The position numbers and the translations under genes are program-made. From contig MU626342.1 in assembly GCA_025603075.1 (NCBI GenBank), forward strand, positions 24,755 to 88,754: a DNA stretch of 64,000 nucleotides. The letters run 5' to 3'. This DNA is from Neoconidiobolus thromboides FSU 785 (lineage: Eukaryota > Fungi > Entomophthoromycota). The notes below the pieces were generated by a model. The model was not told where the DNA came from and searched no databases. It saw only the letters and a program-made list of their open reading frames with translations. Positions within the stretch are counted from its first letter, which is position 1. Every line of letters starts with the position of its first letter. Below are positions 46,784 to 61,064 of the stretch, piece by piece.

Positions 46784-48344
46784 CTAACTATAACAGGATC
46801 GGCAAGTTAATAATGCAATAAATTGACTAAAGCCTCCTTTTTTATCTTTTCCTTCTTTAGGACTTGATCCCGTCTTTGGTGTAACTGCTGGTTGGGAAGT
46901 TTGTAAATGTCCTTGATCTCCAGAACTAAACCCATCTGCAGGCTTTAATCCCTGGATTACTCGATAATGTTGTGAAAGGCTAGGTTCTTCGTTAGGTGTC
47001 ATCAAACCAGAGCCATTCTGAGTGAGTCGGCTACCATCTCCAAATTCACCTTTTCTAGCATTATACAATGCTGCTTTTGACCCTGGCATTGTTTGACGCG
47101 TACCATTGTCTGGCTCCTTATTATGTTTATATGATGGTACTGAAGGTGATTTATTTTGATCGATTTTAACTAACCAATCAAATCCTTCATCTTCTTCTTT
47201 AATTCCTAATTTACTTAATACTTTATCCATTAAGCCTCGAAGATAATCATAATCTGGTGTTTCTTCAAAAGCCATTTTGCGGGTATAATTCATATAGATT
47301 GCAAACTCTTCAGGGAAGCCAGAGCAAAGTTCTTTGATAGGTGTAAGTTGTTTTGTTTCTGAAATCTTTTCGTATTTTTGTTTATTATTGGCTGCTTTGA
47401 GTCCTTGCCAAGGTAAAGAGCCTCTAAGGAAGTACATGAATACATGGCCTAGAGCTTCCAAATCATCTCGACGGCTTTGTTCTCTACCCAAATGTGTATT
47501 TATACTCATGTATCTCGCAGTTCCACTTAAACTTTTACGCTCACGGTAAGGAATGTGTTGCTTTGTCTTTGGATCCCGATATTGCTTTACCATACCAAAA
47601 TCCACCATATGTACCAAGTTGGCGTTTTTGGAATGTGGTTTACCCATAAGAAAGTTGTCTGGTTTAATATCACGATAGATCAATGACTTTTCATGTACAG
47701 ATTGAACACGAGAGATCTAAATTTAAATTTAATATAAAATTTTAATAAATTGAGCTAGAAAATACTGACCATTTGCTTTGCTAACAAAGCTACTGTTTTG
47801 ACGCTGAATTTTCTACGACACATGTCAAAAAGATCTTCTAAAGAAGGACCTAAAAGATCAATACATAATACATTATAGAGTCCTTCTTGTCCAAAATAAT
47901 ATGCTCCAGGAATACCAGCTGATAATAGGTTAAATTGTATTTTATAAAATCAAAATAAAATGTACGTAAGTTGGCAAGGATACGATAAGCACGATACTCA
48001 TCTCTAAGCTGAGGTACTTCCGCCTTACGAGGTTCCTAAAAGGTGTTAATAACCAGTATATAGAACATTAACTTAATCTTACAAACTTGATAGCCACTGG
48101 CTGATTATTTAATAAATTGGTACCTAAATAGATTAAATAGATAGATTATTTATTATATAATTAGTTTTAATATTGATTCTTTACCAGCGTAAATAACTCC
48201 AAAACTACCCTCCCCAATCTTTTTTTCTACTCTATAATGGACACCAACAATGTTCGGTTGACCAGAACGTGATGAGCTTGAAGAATGATGACTATGCTGA
48301 CCTGTGGGTGCAGCACTGGTTCGACGTTGATGTGCTTGAGCCAT
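46784..48344 (-). CDS. Casein kinase I (YCK/Cki type, C-terminal Cys), multi-exon
   Basis: [42 protein letters not shown]-terminus LLTCRSCYS. Confidence 0.95.
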
Positions 48345-50274
48345 AATAGTCGGTTATATAATAACTGAGATTCTAGAACAAGAACATTAGTTAAAAAGGA
48401 ACTTATCAAAGGTTGATTCAAAACTCATTATCCAATTTATGTATATATTTATCATAAGTATCTGCTTTATAATATGATGTAAAACATATCAACTTACATT
48501 AACTAAAAAAATTGGAACAAAAAAAAGGTTATTATTAATTTAAATAAACAACTCTTTTTTTAAAAAAAACAGCAATTTCTAAAATTTATTTAATAAAAAG
48601 CCCTTTGTACTAATAGCTCAATTTTTCTTAGCAATATTGAATTCCCCAACAATTTAGTTGACTACCTTCAACAAAATTTTAAGTTAAAGTGGCTTAATTA
48701 AAGGATCTTATTGGTGTAATTTAATTGGCCAAAATAATACCATCTTTCATCTATCATTGGGTATCATTAAATCAATGGCTTGGATGGATACTATCTTTTT
48801 AAAATCAAGGTAACCCCAGTCATTTTTAATACCCAATTAAATAGATAAATTTCTCAAGTTGTTGGTGTTTGCGGACAATAAATGATTGGCTATTCAGTCT
48901 AGTATCATTCATTATAAATATAATCAATATATTAAGCTAATATACATTACTCTTATTATGTAGTTATATAAGTACTATTAACTCATTCTACTATTATTAC
49001 TATAATCTGCTTTAATGTAGTTATCACATTATTAGCACTTTATTAACTTACCATATAAAAACTATCTTAAACTCATTTTCTAATTATAGTTGTTTTTTAA
49101 AATAAGCTTCTCTGGACAAATTAAAATGCGAAAATCAACCAATTATAGATTTATCAAGAACATCCATATATTTATCCAATCAGGGTTCAATAAGTTAAAA
49201 TAGAACTTTATACTATTATGATAAAAGAAAACAATCTTGTGTCTGTTATAATATTGTATAAACATATTTGTAATACACTCCTCATAGATAATATAATTTA
49301 TTGCAATTGATACTTGGCTTATAAAATAAATTAGCCTAATAGAAACTATAATTGAATTATCCTCACTTTTTCAAAATCTTTAATTTATCTTTGTATATTA
49401 ACTGAATCTATTAACTAATTTATTAATAGATTTTTAAAATTAGGGTTTAACAAAAAATGAATCTATATATCAAAAACATCAAAATAGTACAAATAATGAA
49501 AGGAAACAAAGATATATTAAAGCGAAAGCATATCCAAAATAATTATATAAAAGTATTTAACTATAAAAAATAAGAATTCTGATATAAAAAATTGACAAAT
49601 ATTTAAATCATTGTGATTTAAAAGTTACAGATATATAAAAAATGATCAAAATGTGCGATTATTTAAAAATCTGATCTTAGTAACGTTATATACTATAATA
49701 GTAGAAATGATCGTATTAAAGTTCTACGGTAATAAACTTACAAAAATAGTTTTAATATGATCCTGATATTATTATATCCAACTTGTAACAATGAATTATT
49801 ATAAACACCCTAGTCCTTTAATTAACTAACTTGATAAACGCTTGTTCCGTAGTGAGCCAGGTTTTTAATGTCATTCATTATAAATAAGCATGATTATTGC
49901 GTAAAAAATCCTGAATGTTTTAAAACAAATTTAGCTGACTTTATCAATTTAAGATACTAGTTTATAGTTTCATATGTATTTTAATACATAATAGCATAAT
50001 TATTGAGTAACTTATATGAAACCTTTATTAACACTTTAAGGCAGTGATAATGGTTTGTTTTGTTTTTACTGCTAGTTTTCAAATTTTAAACTCACATATT
50101 TCTCTTCAACTTTTTTGAATTTTTAGAATGACTCATTGAACTACGCTTAAATTTCCAACCAAAATTTTTTTCTAATGCAGCAAATGAAATTGTATAGTCC
50201 CATAAACTTAAGTAAGCTTAAGTTTGAGTTACTATAAAAAAGTAGCAGTTTTTTTAAAAAAAATAAAAATAGAA

Positions 50275-51548
50275 ATGTCAGATAGTGAACTTGTAGATAA
50301 AGTCAAAAATTTAACTATTGAAGACAAAGAAGAAGAGGTAAACTAAATACCTTGTACTTATTGTTCTTGTTTAATAGATGTATATTTTTAATTCAAATAG
50401 CCTGTCTTCGACCCCTCTTTAAAAAAGAAAAAGAAAAAGAAGTCAGTTGCTTTTGCTGGTTTAGATGACGACGAGGAAGAAGAAGCTGATAAAAAAGAAA
50501 AGAATGAAGAAGGCGAAGGCGAAGATGAAGGTAATAAAAAACAATGACTCATTTGACTGCTAAACTAATAATTCAAGATGAAGAAATAAATGAAGCAGCT
50601 TTGTTTGCAGATAAAAAGAAGAAAAAGAAGAAGAAGAAGGTAAGTATCATTTATCTATTATTAAATTAAAAAGCTAATTTTTAGCCTGTTCAAGAGGATG
50701 ATGAAGATTCAGTAATCCCAGAAAAAAAGAAGGGATCAAAGAAAGCCTCAGCTGAAGAAGACGAAGAAGATAACGAAAACGAACAAGAAGAAGATGAAGA
50801 AGAACAAGGTTTTTAATTTTTAAACTGTTAAAAAACTGGTATTAAATAATTAGATGCTGATGATGATGACGAAGTAGAAGGTTGGATTGGAACCGATCGT
50901 GATTATACATATAAAGAAGTAAGTCTTCTGTTTACTTACCATGGATGAAGAATTAGATTAACTTGAATTTTGTTTAGCTTATAAATAGATTTTATAAGAT
51001 TTGTAGACAAAGTAATCCAGAACTTGGAGGCGAAAAGAAGAGGTTTACAATTGTACCACCTCAAGTTTCACGTGAAGGAAGTAAAAAGACAGCCTTTAGT
51101 AATATTTCAGATATCTGTAGACGGTAAGTTAAAACGATAAGTTAAATATCATGTATGATTGATAATTTTTGATAGTTTAAATCGTTCACTTGATCATTTC
51201 ACTCAGTTCCTCTTTACTGAATTGGGTACTACTGGTTCCGTTGATGGTAGTCAAAGACTGATCATCAAAGGTCGATTCCAACAAAAACAAATGGAAACTA
51301 TTATTCGTCGTTATATTGGTAAGTTCTATAATACACTGTAATAATATGTGTTAATTTATCTATTACAATTAGTTGAATATGTGACTTGTAAAATTTGTAA
51401 ATCACCAGATACAACCCTTTCAAAAGAGAATCGTTTAACATTTATGCAATGTCAAAGCTGTAACTCTACCCGTTCCGTTTCAGCAGTTAAAACTGGGTAT
51501 CAAGCTAATCTTATTAAACGTACTAAACGTAAACCGGTAAGAATATAA
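50275..51548 (+). CDS. SUI3: Translation initiation factor eIF2 beta, multi-exon
   Basis: Poly-Lys boxes, [46 protein letters not shown]...CQSC. Confidence 0.95.
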
Positions 51549-52239
51549 AATATACTTTGTTTAGTATTTATGTTTTAATAGTAATTTTTAGGCTTAAAAT
51601 AAAGACTAGTATCGGTTGGTTTAATACGGATTCTTTTATAATATCTATGGTATTCTATTGTAGTTTAATCCATTTATATTAAATTTCTGTTTAAAGACTC
51701 TTAATAAAATTAAAATTGATAATGTTAGATAATTTTAGTAGTTTAAGTTTATTAGTAGTGATAGAAGCTGTTTTGTTTTTTGTAATTTTATGGAATTATA
51801 GTATTAAAATTATAAGGATTTTTGATAATCAATATGAATTTATAGTATTGCTTTAACGGTTAATTTTTTTAAACTTTTTAAACTTATTTTCAAGTTTTGG
51901 CTTGAAAAAACAGAATTTTTTAAACTTGAACAATTTGATAAAATATGACTTCATCTTGTTCGATTAGTTTCCTTAATTATTCAGGGACCTCAAAAAATGT
52001 TCAACACATTGAATCCTCATTTGCTCATTTCCATTACCAAAAGCACAACATTTTAAACTTTAGAAAAATCGAAATAAGCTCAAAATAATAACGTTGGTAA
52101 CGAAGAGTTCAAACTTTAGCAGTCCATTCTTTTTTTATTGAGATAAAACAAAAGTTCAAACAATAATTTTATAAGCTTCTAGTTTTTAATGTTAATTTAA
52201 TTATTATTATTAATTTCAAAAAACATTAATATAATAATC

Positions 52240-55200
52240 ATGATAAAAACAACCCAATCTCAAGATAAATTACAAAACAACTTGACGAAAAGAAGACAGG
52301 ACTTGTGGAATAGGATAATTAACGAAAAAGAAAATTTAAACATAGATCAAGGAAGTATATGCGTAGATAGTTTAATAGATATATTACTCGCTTTATTTGA
52401 TGATTGTAAAAATATTGAGGCTAGTGTCAATGAAAATATTGCTACTTTTTTAACCAAATATCAACCAAGTATTAATAAGATTAGAGCTTTGAGATTAAAC
52501 AAATATGACTTTCAAGTACTTAAAAAACTAGCTAAAGGCCATTTTGGAACTGTAAGATTATTTGTTTTACTTTATATTAATAAGATTTATTTATCTTGCT
52601 TTTTTTAATAAAAGGTATCTGTGGTTAGAAATAAACTAGATAACCGTATCTATGCAATGAAAACGTTAAATAAGATGTATGTGTTAAGGTGTAAAGAGGT
52701 ATTGTATTTAGATCAATAGTAAAAGCATAAATTAATTATTAAATTTAAAGTTGTCGTTTTTTATGGAAGAAAAAGAAGTTTTATCTCTATCAAAGTATTC
52801 CCCTTGGATACCAAAGCTATATGCCGCTTTTCAAGATAGTGAGAATTTATATTTAGTCATGGAATTTGCAGGAGGAGGAGATCTATTTAGTTTATTGGAT
52901 CGTAATTATCCACCAATTATAAATGAAGAAGAAGCCAAGTTTTATATTGGTGAAATTGTGTTAGCATTAAGTGATTTACATAGTATGGGCTTTGTTCATA
53001 GGTAATTAGTTAAAAGTCCAAGTTAATGGGAATAGATTATTAATGCGTTATTTTAATAGAGATTTAAAGCCGCAAAATATACTGATCGATAATCAAGGCC
53101 ACATCAAGCTAGCGGATTTTGGATCCTGTATCCAACTCAATAATCAAAGTTCTGTCACTTCGAATATACCAGTTGGAACAAGTGATTATATATCACCCGA
53201 GGTGCTTAGAGCTCAGGAAGGGAATACAAATTATGGAGTAGAATGTGATTGGTGGTCTGTTGGTGTTCTGATTTATGAATTGCTTCAAGGGGACCCGCCA
53301 TTCAGTTCTGAAAATTTAATGGAAACTCATAGTCAAATTATGAACCATAAAGTAAATTCATGTAATGAACTTTTATATAATAGTAGCTAATAGTAAATTA
53401 TCATAGAATAATTTAATGTTTCATGGTATTTATCCAATTTCAGAAGAAGCAAGGGATCTTATTGAAAAGTAAATAGAATCTTAATATTTATCTAAAATCT
53501 AAGTCTTTATCGTTTTTAGATTAATTTGTGACCGAGAAGTTCGGTTAGGGAAAAATGGAGTAGAAGAAATCAAATCTCATCCCTTTTTTAGAGGTATTAA
53601 TTGGAATTCTTTACGCAATCAAACACCACCATTTATACCAACGTTAATAACACCAGACGATACTTCCAATTTTAATGGGTATGAAGATGAAGAAGATACA
53701 CATGAAGTAAAAGTAGTACCACGTTCTAATCAAAAAGAATTCATGGGAGATCACTTGCCTTTTGTTGGGTTCACTTATCAGCAGGAGGATGTAGAATCAT
53801 TAAAAGTAAATGATAGAGTGGAAACAGAGATGGATGAAAGCGCCGAAATCAAACAAAACTCAGTAAAGTTGGAAATGAAATTGGCTGAGATCCAAACAGA
53901 TTTAACGATGAATGAACTAGACGATAGTTTATCAACTATACATGATTTTTCATCTGTGACACTTAAAAACAATGATGAGACTAATGTATCAATCATGGCA
54001 TATGAGGCAAAAATAAAAGAACTTCAAGAAAAAGTAGTTTCTTTAAATGCAGGACTTCAATCATGTCAAGAAACAATACAAAGTCAAATGGCAGTAAATC
54101 AAGGACTGATGATGCAAGCGGACAACATACGTGATCAATTGATGGAAAGCGAGAGTGAAAAGAATGAAATGAGCCGATTGTTAGAAGCTGTACAGAAAAA
54201 GATGGATGAAGAAGATAAACAGCAGGATATCCTTATAGAAGAAAATAAAAGGTTGTTGGAAGGGTATTCGAATTCCCAAGCGGAAGTCAAAAAATTAAAG
54301 AAGGCGATCACGGAGCTTAGTATGGTACATCAGGATATGAAACAAACTACGTTGAGCTTGGATCAATCAAGGGAACAAGCAGACAATAACTTTTTGATTA
54401 TGAAGGATAAATGTGAAAATTTGCAGTATGAGAATCAAAATTTAAATAAAAAGGTTCAAGATTTAGAAAACAAGCTACCAACCATTAATTCAGACGATAT
54501 CACTCAACTAAAAAATGAACTGAGTGAATCTGTAGCGAACGTCACCAGATTAAATAAAGAATTAGAGATAACAAAGGAAACGAATAAATTTTTGTTAAAA
54601 GAGATTGAAGAATTGAGTTTGAAAAATAAGTCGAATGAAGATGTACCAAATAAGCTGGGTGTGGCTATCGATAATAAATTATTTCAAGATATTGTAGCGA
54701 ATTTAGAACTAGAAACTAAAAACCATCATCTGTTAACAAGTATATACCAGGATTTGCAAGAGCAGAAAGGACTACAGCCAAGTTTAATCGAGGTTAAAGA
54801 ATCTAGGGATGAAGCAGTCGAAAGGGCGGATCAGATGTTACATTTAAATGAAAAACAAGCAAATTTAATAAAGACCTTAATGGAAAAGATAACATACTTG
54901 GAATCCAATCAACCCCAGTTCGTGAATCACAGCAATAATAAAGAAGGAAGCATACAGTTCAATCAATATGGAAGAGATGGTGAAAATAAAATAGCAACAC
55001 TAATAATTGAAAATCAAAATTTGAAAGCCCAATTAGCATTTAAAGATCAAAAACTCCAAGAGATAGTAACTAAACTTGTAGTCGCAGAAGCTACAAAGCC
55101 TAGTTTTTGGCCAAAAAGTAAAGAGAAAAGTAAAGAAAGACAAAAAGTATTACTGCATACAATACAAGCCTTAGAGCAAAAATTAAGGTTGGTAGAAAGA

Positions 55201-55594
55201 GAAAATGCACAGCTAAGGTTTATCAAACAATTGTCGCAGATTGAAAATTCTTCAGAAAGTATCAATTTAGAGCTATTTAATAGCAATCACAATAATAGTT
55301 CAAGTCCATTGACTAATTCTACTAGGTTTAGTACCCAATCCAGTCAATTTCAAGTGAATTTGGATACAGGGAGGTTTACACATTTAACTATTGAAGATAA
55401 TACTGGTATTAAAGTTAGAAATGGACCTTCTACTTCAATTGAAAAAAACAATCACATGGGCACTTTGAGTTTAAATCAGTCCATATTAACAGGTAAATCA
55501 TTATCATTACTACCATATTTTTAGTTTTAATCAAGCTTTACTTTTTGTAGAACGTTCACTTAGTTCTAAGTTTGGAATATCCCATATTAAATGA
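52240..55594 (+). CDS. DMPK-family AGC kinase (MRCK/citron/ROCK-like) with a long coiled coil, multi-exon
   Basis: CVDSLIDILLALFDDC, FVHRDLKPQN, DFGSC, GTSDYISPEVL..QEG..YGVECDWWSVG, DDTSNF, HLPFVGFTY, then ~550 aa of coiled coil. Confidence 0.9.
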
Positions 55595-55845
55595 AATGGG
55601 AGATTGATGGAATAGCTGTTATTATATCAATTGATGAAAACGGATCCATTATTTATTATTAATATTTTAATTACTTTTTATTTAGCTAATATTTTTTCCC
55701 TTCTTTTTCTCTTTAATTAAAATTAATTTGTTTTTATTTTTATTTTTTGCTTGATTTTTATTATTTATGCGAACTTTATGTTATAAAAAGCTACTTAGTT
55801 TAAAATCAAAAGCTTGCTTCTTTCTATTAATAATCAAATTTAACT

Positions 55846-56639
55846 ATGGCCATAACAAAAGACACACAATCTAAAAATAAAGAGTTACCAACTATCAATT
55901 TTACAGCTGAGCTACCTGACATAACCTTATTACAACCTGAAGAAGAAAAGGAAACCTCCTCAATAGCAAGTTCAGTGAATTTAACCGGAAATGATAATAA
56001 TTTATCCCCTTATAATCAAAAACTGAGTTTGAATAGAAGTATGTATCATAAGTTTAAATCTATTTGATTTGTCAAACTAATTATTAAAGATCCAACACAA
56101 AGCGTATTTCCATTACCAGGTGGTCCACAGATGGCTAAAAATCCGCTAGAAAAAGCACGTAATAAAATAGCAGTGGAACCAGGCCACTCTCCATTAGATT
56201 GGGCGAGGTTGAGTAGCTCAGGCAAGGATTTGAGGGTAAGGAGATAATTAGTAGTACTACGAAACATAGCTCAAATGCCCACTTTTTAGGGTGTGACTAA
56301 CATAGTTGGAATTACGCTGCAAGAGTTAAAACAGCATAACACAGAGCAAGACGCTTGGTGTGCTTTGTTTGGAAAGGTTTATAATATCACACCGTATATG
56401 AAGTTTCATCCTGGAGGTAAGAAATTTCTTTTTTTCTAGCTTGTTTTTTATTTCTATTTTTTAGGTGTCAAACAATTAATGAAAGGGGCCGGCAAAGACG
56501 CCACTAAATTATATAGTATGATTCTTTAAGCCTATTTTAACTCATAAACTTAATACAGAATTTAATAGATAAAGTCCATCCTTGGGTTAATGCAGAGTCA
56601 TTGCTTAATAAGTGTTTGGTAGGGTTTTTGGTGGAATAA
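55846..56639 (+). CDS. Cytochrome b5-like heme-binding protein (Irc21/CYB5R4 N-terminus-like), multi-exon
   Basis: PGHSPLDWARL, DAWCALFGKVYNITPYMKFHPGG, GKDATKLY, HPWVNAE. Confidence 0.85.
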
Positions 56640-56919
56640 TTAAAGTAAGAATAATAATAGAAAATTTAATAATAATAAATTTGTAATATCTACTTAATTT
56701 AATGATAATAAATCATAGTTCACTAGAGTCTTTATAATGTTTCAATAGTATCCTCTCTATTTGTTTTACCTTAAAATTATACGTTATTAGAATATAGAAT
56801 AATTTATATTAATTAGTTACATATTCTTTAAATGAAGGGTCGTTTAAATGTTTAAATATCAATATCTCAAGCTCACTGTCATTTAAATTATCAGCTAAAA
56901 AATAATACTATTAATACTG

Positions 56920-57874
56920 CTAACTATATTATTGTTGTATATTACTACCATTTGTATCTTTATTATTAATTTTATCTTGATTCTCTTGAGTTAAGAAATA
57001 AGATTGAGTTCCTTGAGTTTCGTCTCCTATAGGCTGGGTCGAGTACGGATCATTTAATTCATTATGATTCATAGGCGGATAAACTAGAGAGTTTGATTGA
57101 TTATCAATGAAGGGACTTAAGATATAATTGGAAATTTCATCCTGTGTATTCCCAGCTAATGATGAATGATTCTGGTAAGGAGTAGCGCTTAATATATTAT
57201 CCTGAGTATTTTTTAAAAGAGTGGTATTATTTTGAAATTGAGTAGCATTTGATATCGCTGGAAATAGAGTTTCAACATTAACTTCACTTTGGGTTAAAGT
57301 ATTATCTGTACTGTCACTTGAAGATAAACTAAATTCAATATGAGACTTTAAATAGTTTAATATATCTTTAGTTATGTCTTCATTGAGTAATCTAATTTGT
57401 ATTTTGATGGTTTGATTCTGTTAAAAATAAGTTAGTAATTGAGATTGTAATAGTAATATCATACTTTAAAGTTTGAAAAAAATTTATAGTATTTAAAATT
57501 CATTGTCAAACCTTTAATCGTGGCCCTTAGTTTTGATATTTCAATCTCCATTTTTGATAATGGTATAGTTTCCTATTAAAAAGTTAGCATTGGTTAAATT
57601 ATTATCTAATCGTTACAATAATGGTTATATTGTTATTATCCTTTGTATCTATTAAATTCATTTGATTTATGCTGCTAATATTTTGATTAATTGTTATTAA
57701 TTTCATATTTAATTCAATTGGATAATATACAGCATATAATGTATTTTGATAGTCACTGTTCCATTTTTGTTTTTCTATTTTTGATTTATTTTGTTTATTA
57801 CTAGCATTAGGTTCATTATTATAGATTGCTAATGACGCCAATGGCCATTTTTTAAATGCTTCGATTAAAGACAT
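56920..57874 (-). CDS. Hypothetical intron-containing host protein
   Basis: ORF 57602..57874 plus downstream coding-like segments with GT/AG junctions; no family recognised; boundaries approximate. Confidence 0.45.
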
Positions 57875-58016
57875 GTCCTTATCTTGATTCTTATTACTAT
57901 TATTTATATATAATAATATAATGCATTTTTAATAAAAAAGTAAGGTACCAATCAAAATAGTCAAAATAAAAAGCATGATTTTATAAATTTTAATCAAATA
58001 AAGTAATTGATTGCAG

Positions 58017-58746
58017 CTAAACTACTCTGCGGTTTTCAAAGAATGTTTTGAGATAATAAATTTGCCAAGCACATATTCCAATCACTGAAAGACTTTGGAA
58101 GATAGTCCACCAATAGATCTTTTTATCGGTTGATTCAGCAACTATTAATAATAAATAAATAAATATCATACAAATGTATAACTAATAATACCTCTATCAT
58201 GAGTATATCCTAATGAACTTGATAAATAAATTTGAGACTCGATTTTAAATATATAGTCTTCCATCTTCTTGATTTCATTTTCAACATGATCTGTATTTGG
58301 ATCTAATAATTTATTAATGGTTATTAACTATAAACAATGATGGCACTTACTGTAATCTTTTGGTAATTTTTGAATATAAGGACTGAAAGTAAGTTTCTTA
58401 TTCACAATTTGATTACGAAAACAATATTTATGGTCTCCAGCAGTGGTAGCGTTATATGAATAATAACCATCCTTTTTAGCCTTTGTTTCTTGAAGTAAGA
58501 TATTATTGGTATTAAATAACTTTAAAAGAGTTAGAGTGATACAATCAATTTAATAAAACTTACCAAAAAGTCCACTAATAGATCACCACCTTCAATAACA
58601 TCATAAGAAATCAAAAACATTTCGTTTTCTTGTAAGTTTACGTAAAAGCACTCATCCTGATTAGGTACTAAATCCACTTGAAATCCAAAACTGCTAGCTA
58701 AGCTGATGTATAATGACACTAATAATAATAATATATTGTACTGCAT
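58017..58746 (-). CDS. p24/GOLD family cargo receptor, second paralog
   Basis: Signal peptide, DECFY...YDVIEGG, DHKYCFRN, VAESTDKKIYWW, FENRRVV*. Confidence 0.88.
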
Positions 58747-59304
58747 TTTTATTATTTTTAATTAAAAAGCAATAGAATTTCATTGATGAAATGTTGCTAA
58801 ATACTAAGCGAAATTTGATTGGTTAAACTTACTTTTAATATTCCCTTATTTTAAGCTTTGCAAGTTAAGGAAATACTAGTTAAGAAAGTATCTAAAGATC
58901 AATATAAAATAATGCAAAATATTTAATGTTATAGTTAGATTTTATTATTTACAATTTATGAAATATTCAAATTTTGAGCTTATTATTTTTCATTATCCCA
59001 TAATAAACTTAAAGTTATAAAAAGTAAAGTAAAAAGCGAATTTACAGGTTTAGTTTTTTTTCGCCATCTGAAGACCCTACAATTAAGGTCCTTGTTGAGT
59101 TGGGACAGATATGTGGCACAAAATAAATAGACTTTTTAATAATAAAAATTAAATAACCCATTAACCTATGAATAGTATGGTTTGGTTTATTTATTATTTA
59201 TTATTTAAAAAGCAGGTCTTTCTTCAGTACTTTTTCAGTTTTAAGTTAAAATCGATTAAAAAGTTTAATAAAAGACTATATTAAAAATTCGAAAAATGCT
59301 TTTA

Positions 59305-60069
59305 TTAATACATTTCGAATATTACAATTTCCATCCTTTTTTCACCTTTGTTTTCTAACTCAATTTTATCTACCTCATTAAAGTCTTCTATTATTGCAGC
59401 ATCACCATTAAATAATTTAAATTCTTCATTTAACAAAGAATATTCGCTATTAGTAGAGTCATCAACAACATGAATATATATTTTTCTATTTGCATTTAAT
59501 TTAGCCAGATAATTATACTCAACTCTATTCCCACCATCTAATAAAATGCTACTCATATAAAAATTAGCGTTTATCCCAATAGTGTCAGTTATTTCACTAC
59601 TATCATAATCACCTGGAGATATCAGCGCAATAAACTGATTGCTTCTTTTCTTTTCCTCAAATTTTAAAGTGTCATAATATGGGGTTAAGTTCATAGCATT
59701 TGGTTTGACCCAAACCTGTAATACGTGGGCGTCCAGTTCCTTATTGGAGTTGACTTCTGAATGAGAGATACCACTACCAGCACTTGTAAACTGGATTTGG
59801 CCGCGTTTTATGATTTCTCTATGTCCCATGTTATCTTTATGTTCAATTTCCCCTGATACTATATAAGTTATTATCTCATAGTTCCGATGTGAATGAAACC
59901 CAAAACCAGAGCTCTTTTCTACGTGGTCTTCGTTTAATACTCGTAAGAGACCATATCCCATATACTCCTCATCAACATAGGTTGAAAAACTGAAACTATG
60001 GCTAGCTTTTAACCAGCCTTTATCAACATATCCTCGGCTTTCGCTTTCTCTTATTTTGATATTTACCAT
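59305..60069 (-). CDS. Pirin family protein (YhhW/quercetinase-like), intronless
   Basis: LRVLNED, FHSHRNYEIITY, HKDNMG, FTSAGSGISHSE (His/His/His/Glu ligands intact). Confidence 0.92.
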   Translation of the reverse strand: MVNIKIRESESRGYVDKGWLKASHSFSFSTYVDEEYMGYGLLRVLNEDHVEKSSGFGFHSHRNYEIITYIVSGEIEHKDNMGHREIIKRGQIQFTSAGSGISHSEVNSNKELDAHVLQVWVKPNAMNLTPYYDTLKFEEKKRSNQFIALISPGDYDSSEITDTIGINANFYMSSILLDGGNRVEYNYLAKLNANRKIYIHVVDDSTNSEYSLLNEEFKLFNGDAAIIEDFNEVDKIELENKGEKRMEIVIFEMY

Positions 60070-60305
60070 TTGTTTTGTAGCTTTAATTTTCTGTTTTTCC
60101 AATTTTTTTCTTTCCACTTTATATTTGCTTATATACTTATTTTTAAGTGATTTGTAATTTTAAATTTTGATTTTAAATTTTGATTTTATAAATTATAAAT
60201 TAAATTAAAACGTTTGAAATGATTTAGTTTAAAAATTATCTAAACATTGGCATATTACAAATGAAATATGTAAAAGAATAAATTTTATTTTAAATTAGCA
60301 ATTGT

Positions 60306-61064
60306 TTATTTATACATTTCAAAAACTAGCAACTCTAAATTTTGTTCACCTTCTTTTTTAAATAAGAGTTTGCTTTCATTTGCTTGGAATTTATCTAAAT
60401 ACGCTCCATCTCCACTAGATAATTTAAAATCATTGTTTAACCAGCATATAGAAGAATTGCTCTGATTTTCAATTAGATGAATATAAACTTTCCGACTTGG
60501 ATTATAAGTATTGAGGAACTTATATATCACTTCATCATTTGTTTGTAAGACTAAACAACTAATATAACAATTAGCGTTAACACCAACAGTATCGGATAAT
60601 ATCTTAGTGATAGGCGAAGCAATCGGTAGAAATTGGTTAATACTCTTCAACTTATTATAAGACAACGTTTGATATTTTGGTGTCAGGTTAAACTCCAGGG
60701 GTGCAATCCAAAGCTGGAGTAAATGACATTTCTTTTTACTAATATTTTTCTCTGAATGTCGAATCCCTCTACCAGCACTTGTAAATTGAATCATTCCTTT
60801 TTTGACTAGTTCCCGATTTCCCATATCGTCTATGTGCTCTAATTCACCTGATATTATATAACTTAAGATCTCAAAATTTTCATGTTCGTGCATTTCAAAA
60901 CCTCCTTTAGACGAGATGGTGTCTTCATTTAATACTTGAAGGCTACCATGTCCTCTATGTTTTGAAGAAATATAGTCAGAGAAACTAAAAGAGTACTTTG
61001 CTGTTATTGTGTTTGATTGAAAGCTGCCACGCTCCTCATTTTTTCTTAGTTGTAATTTTACCAT
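60306..61064 (-). CDS. Pirin family protein, tandem paralog, intronless
   Basis: LQVLNED, MHEHENFEILSY, HIDDMG, FTSAGRGIRHSE. Confidence 0.92.
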   Translation of the reverse strand: MVKLQLRKNEERGSFQSNTITAKYSFSFSDYISSKHRGHGSLQVLNEDTISSKGGFEMHEHENFEILSYIISGELEHIDDMGNRELVKKGMIQFTSAGRGIRHSEKNISKKKCHLLQLWIAPLEFNLTPKYQTLSYNKLKSINQFLPIASPITKILSDTVGVNANCYISCLVLQTNDEVIYKFLNTYNPSRKVYIHLIENQSNSSICWLNNDFKLSSGDGAYLDKFQANESKLLFKKEGEQNLELLVFEMYK

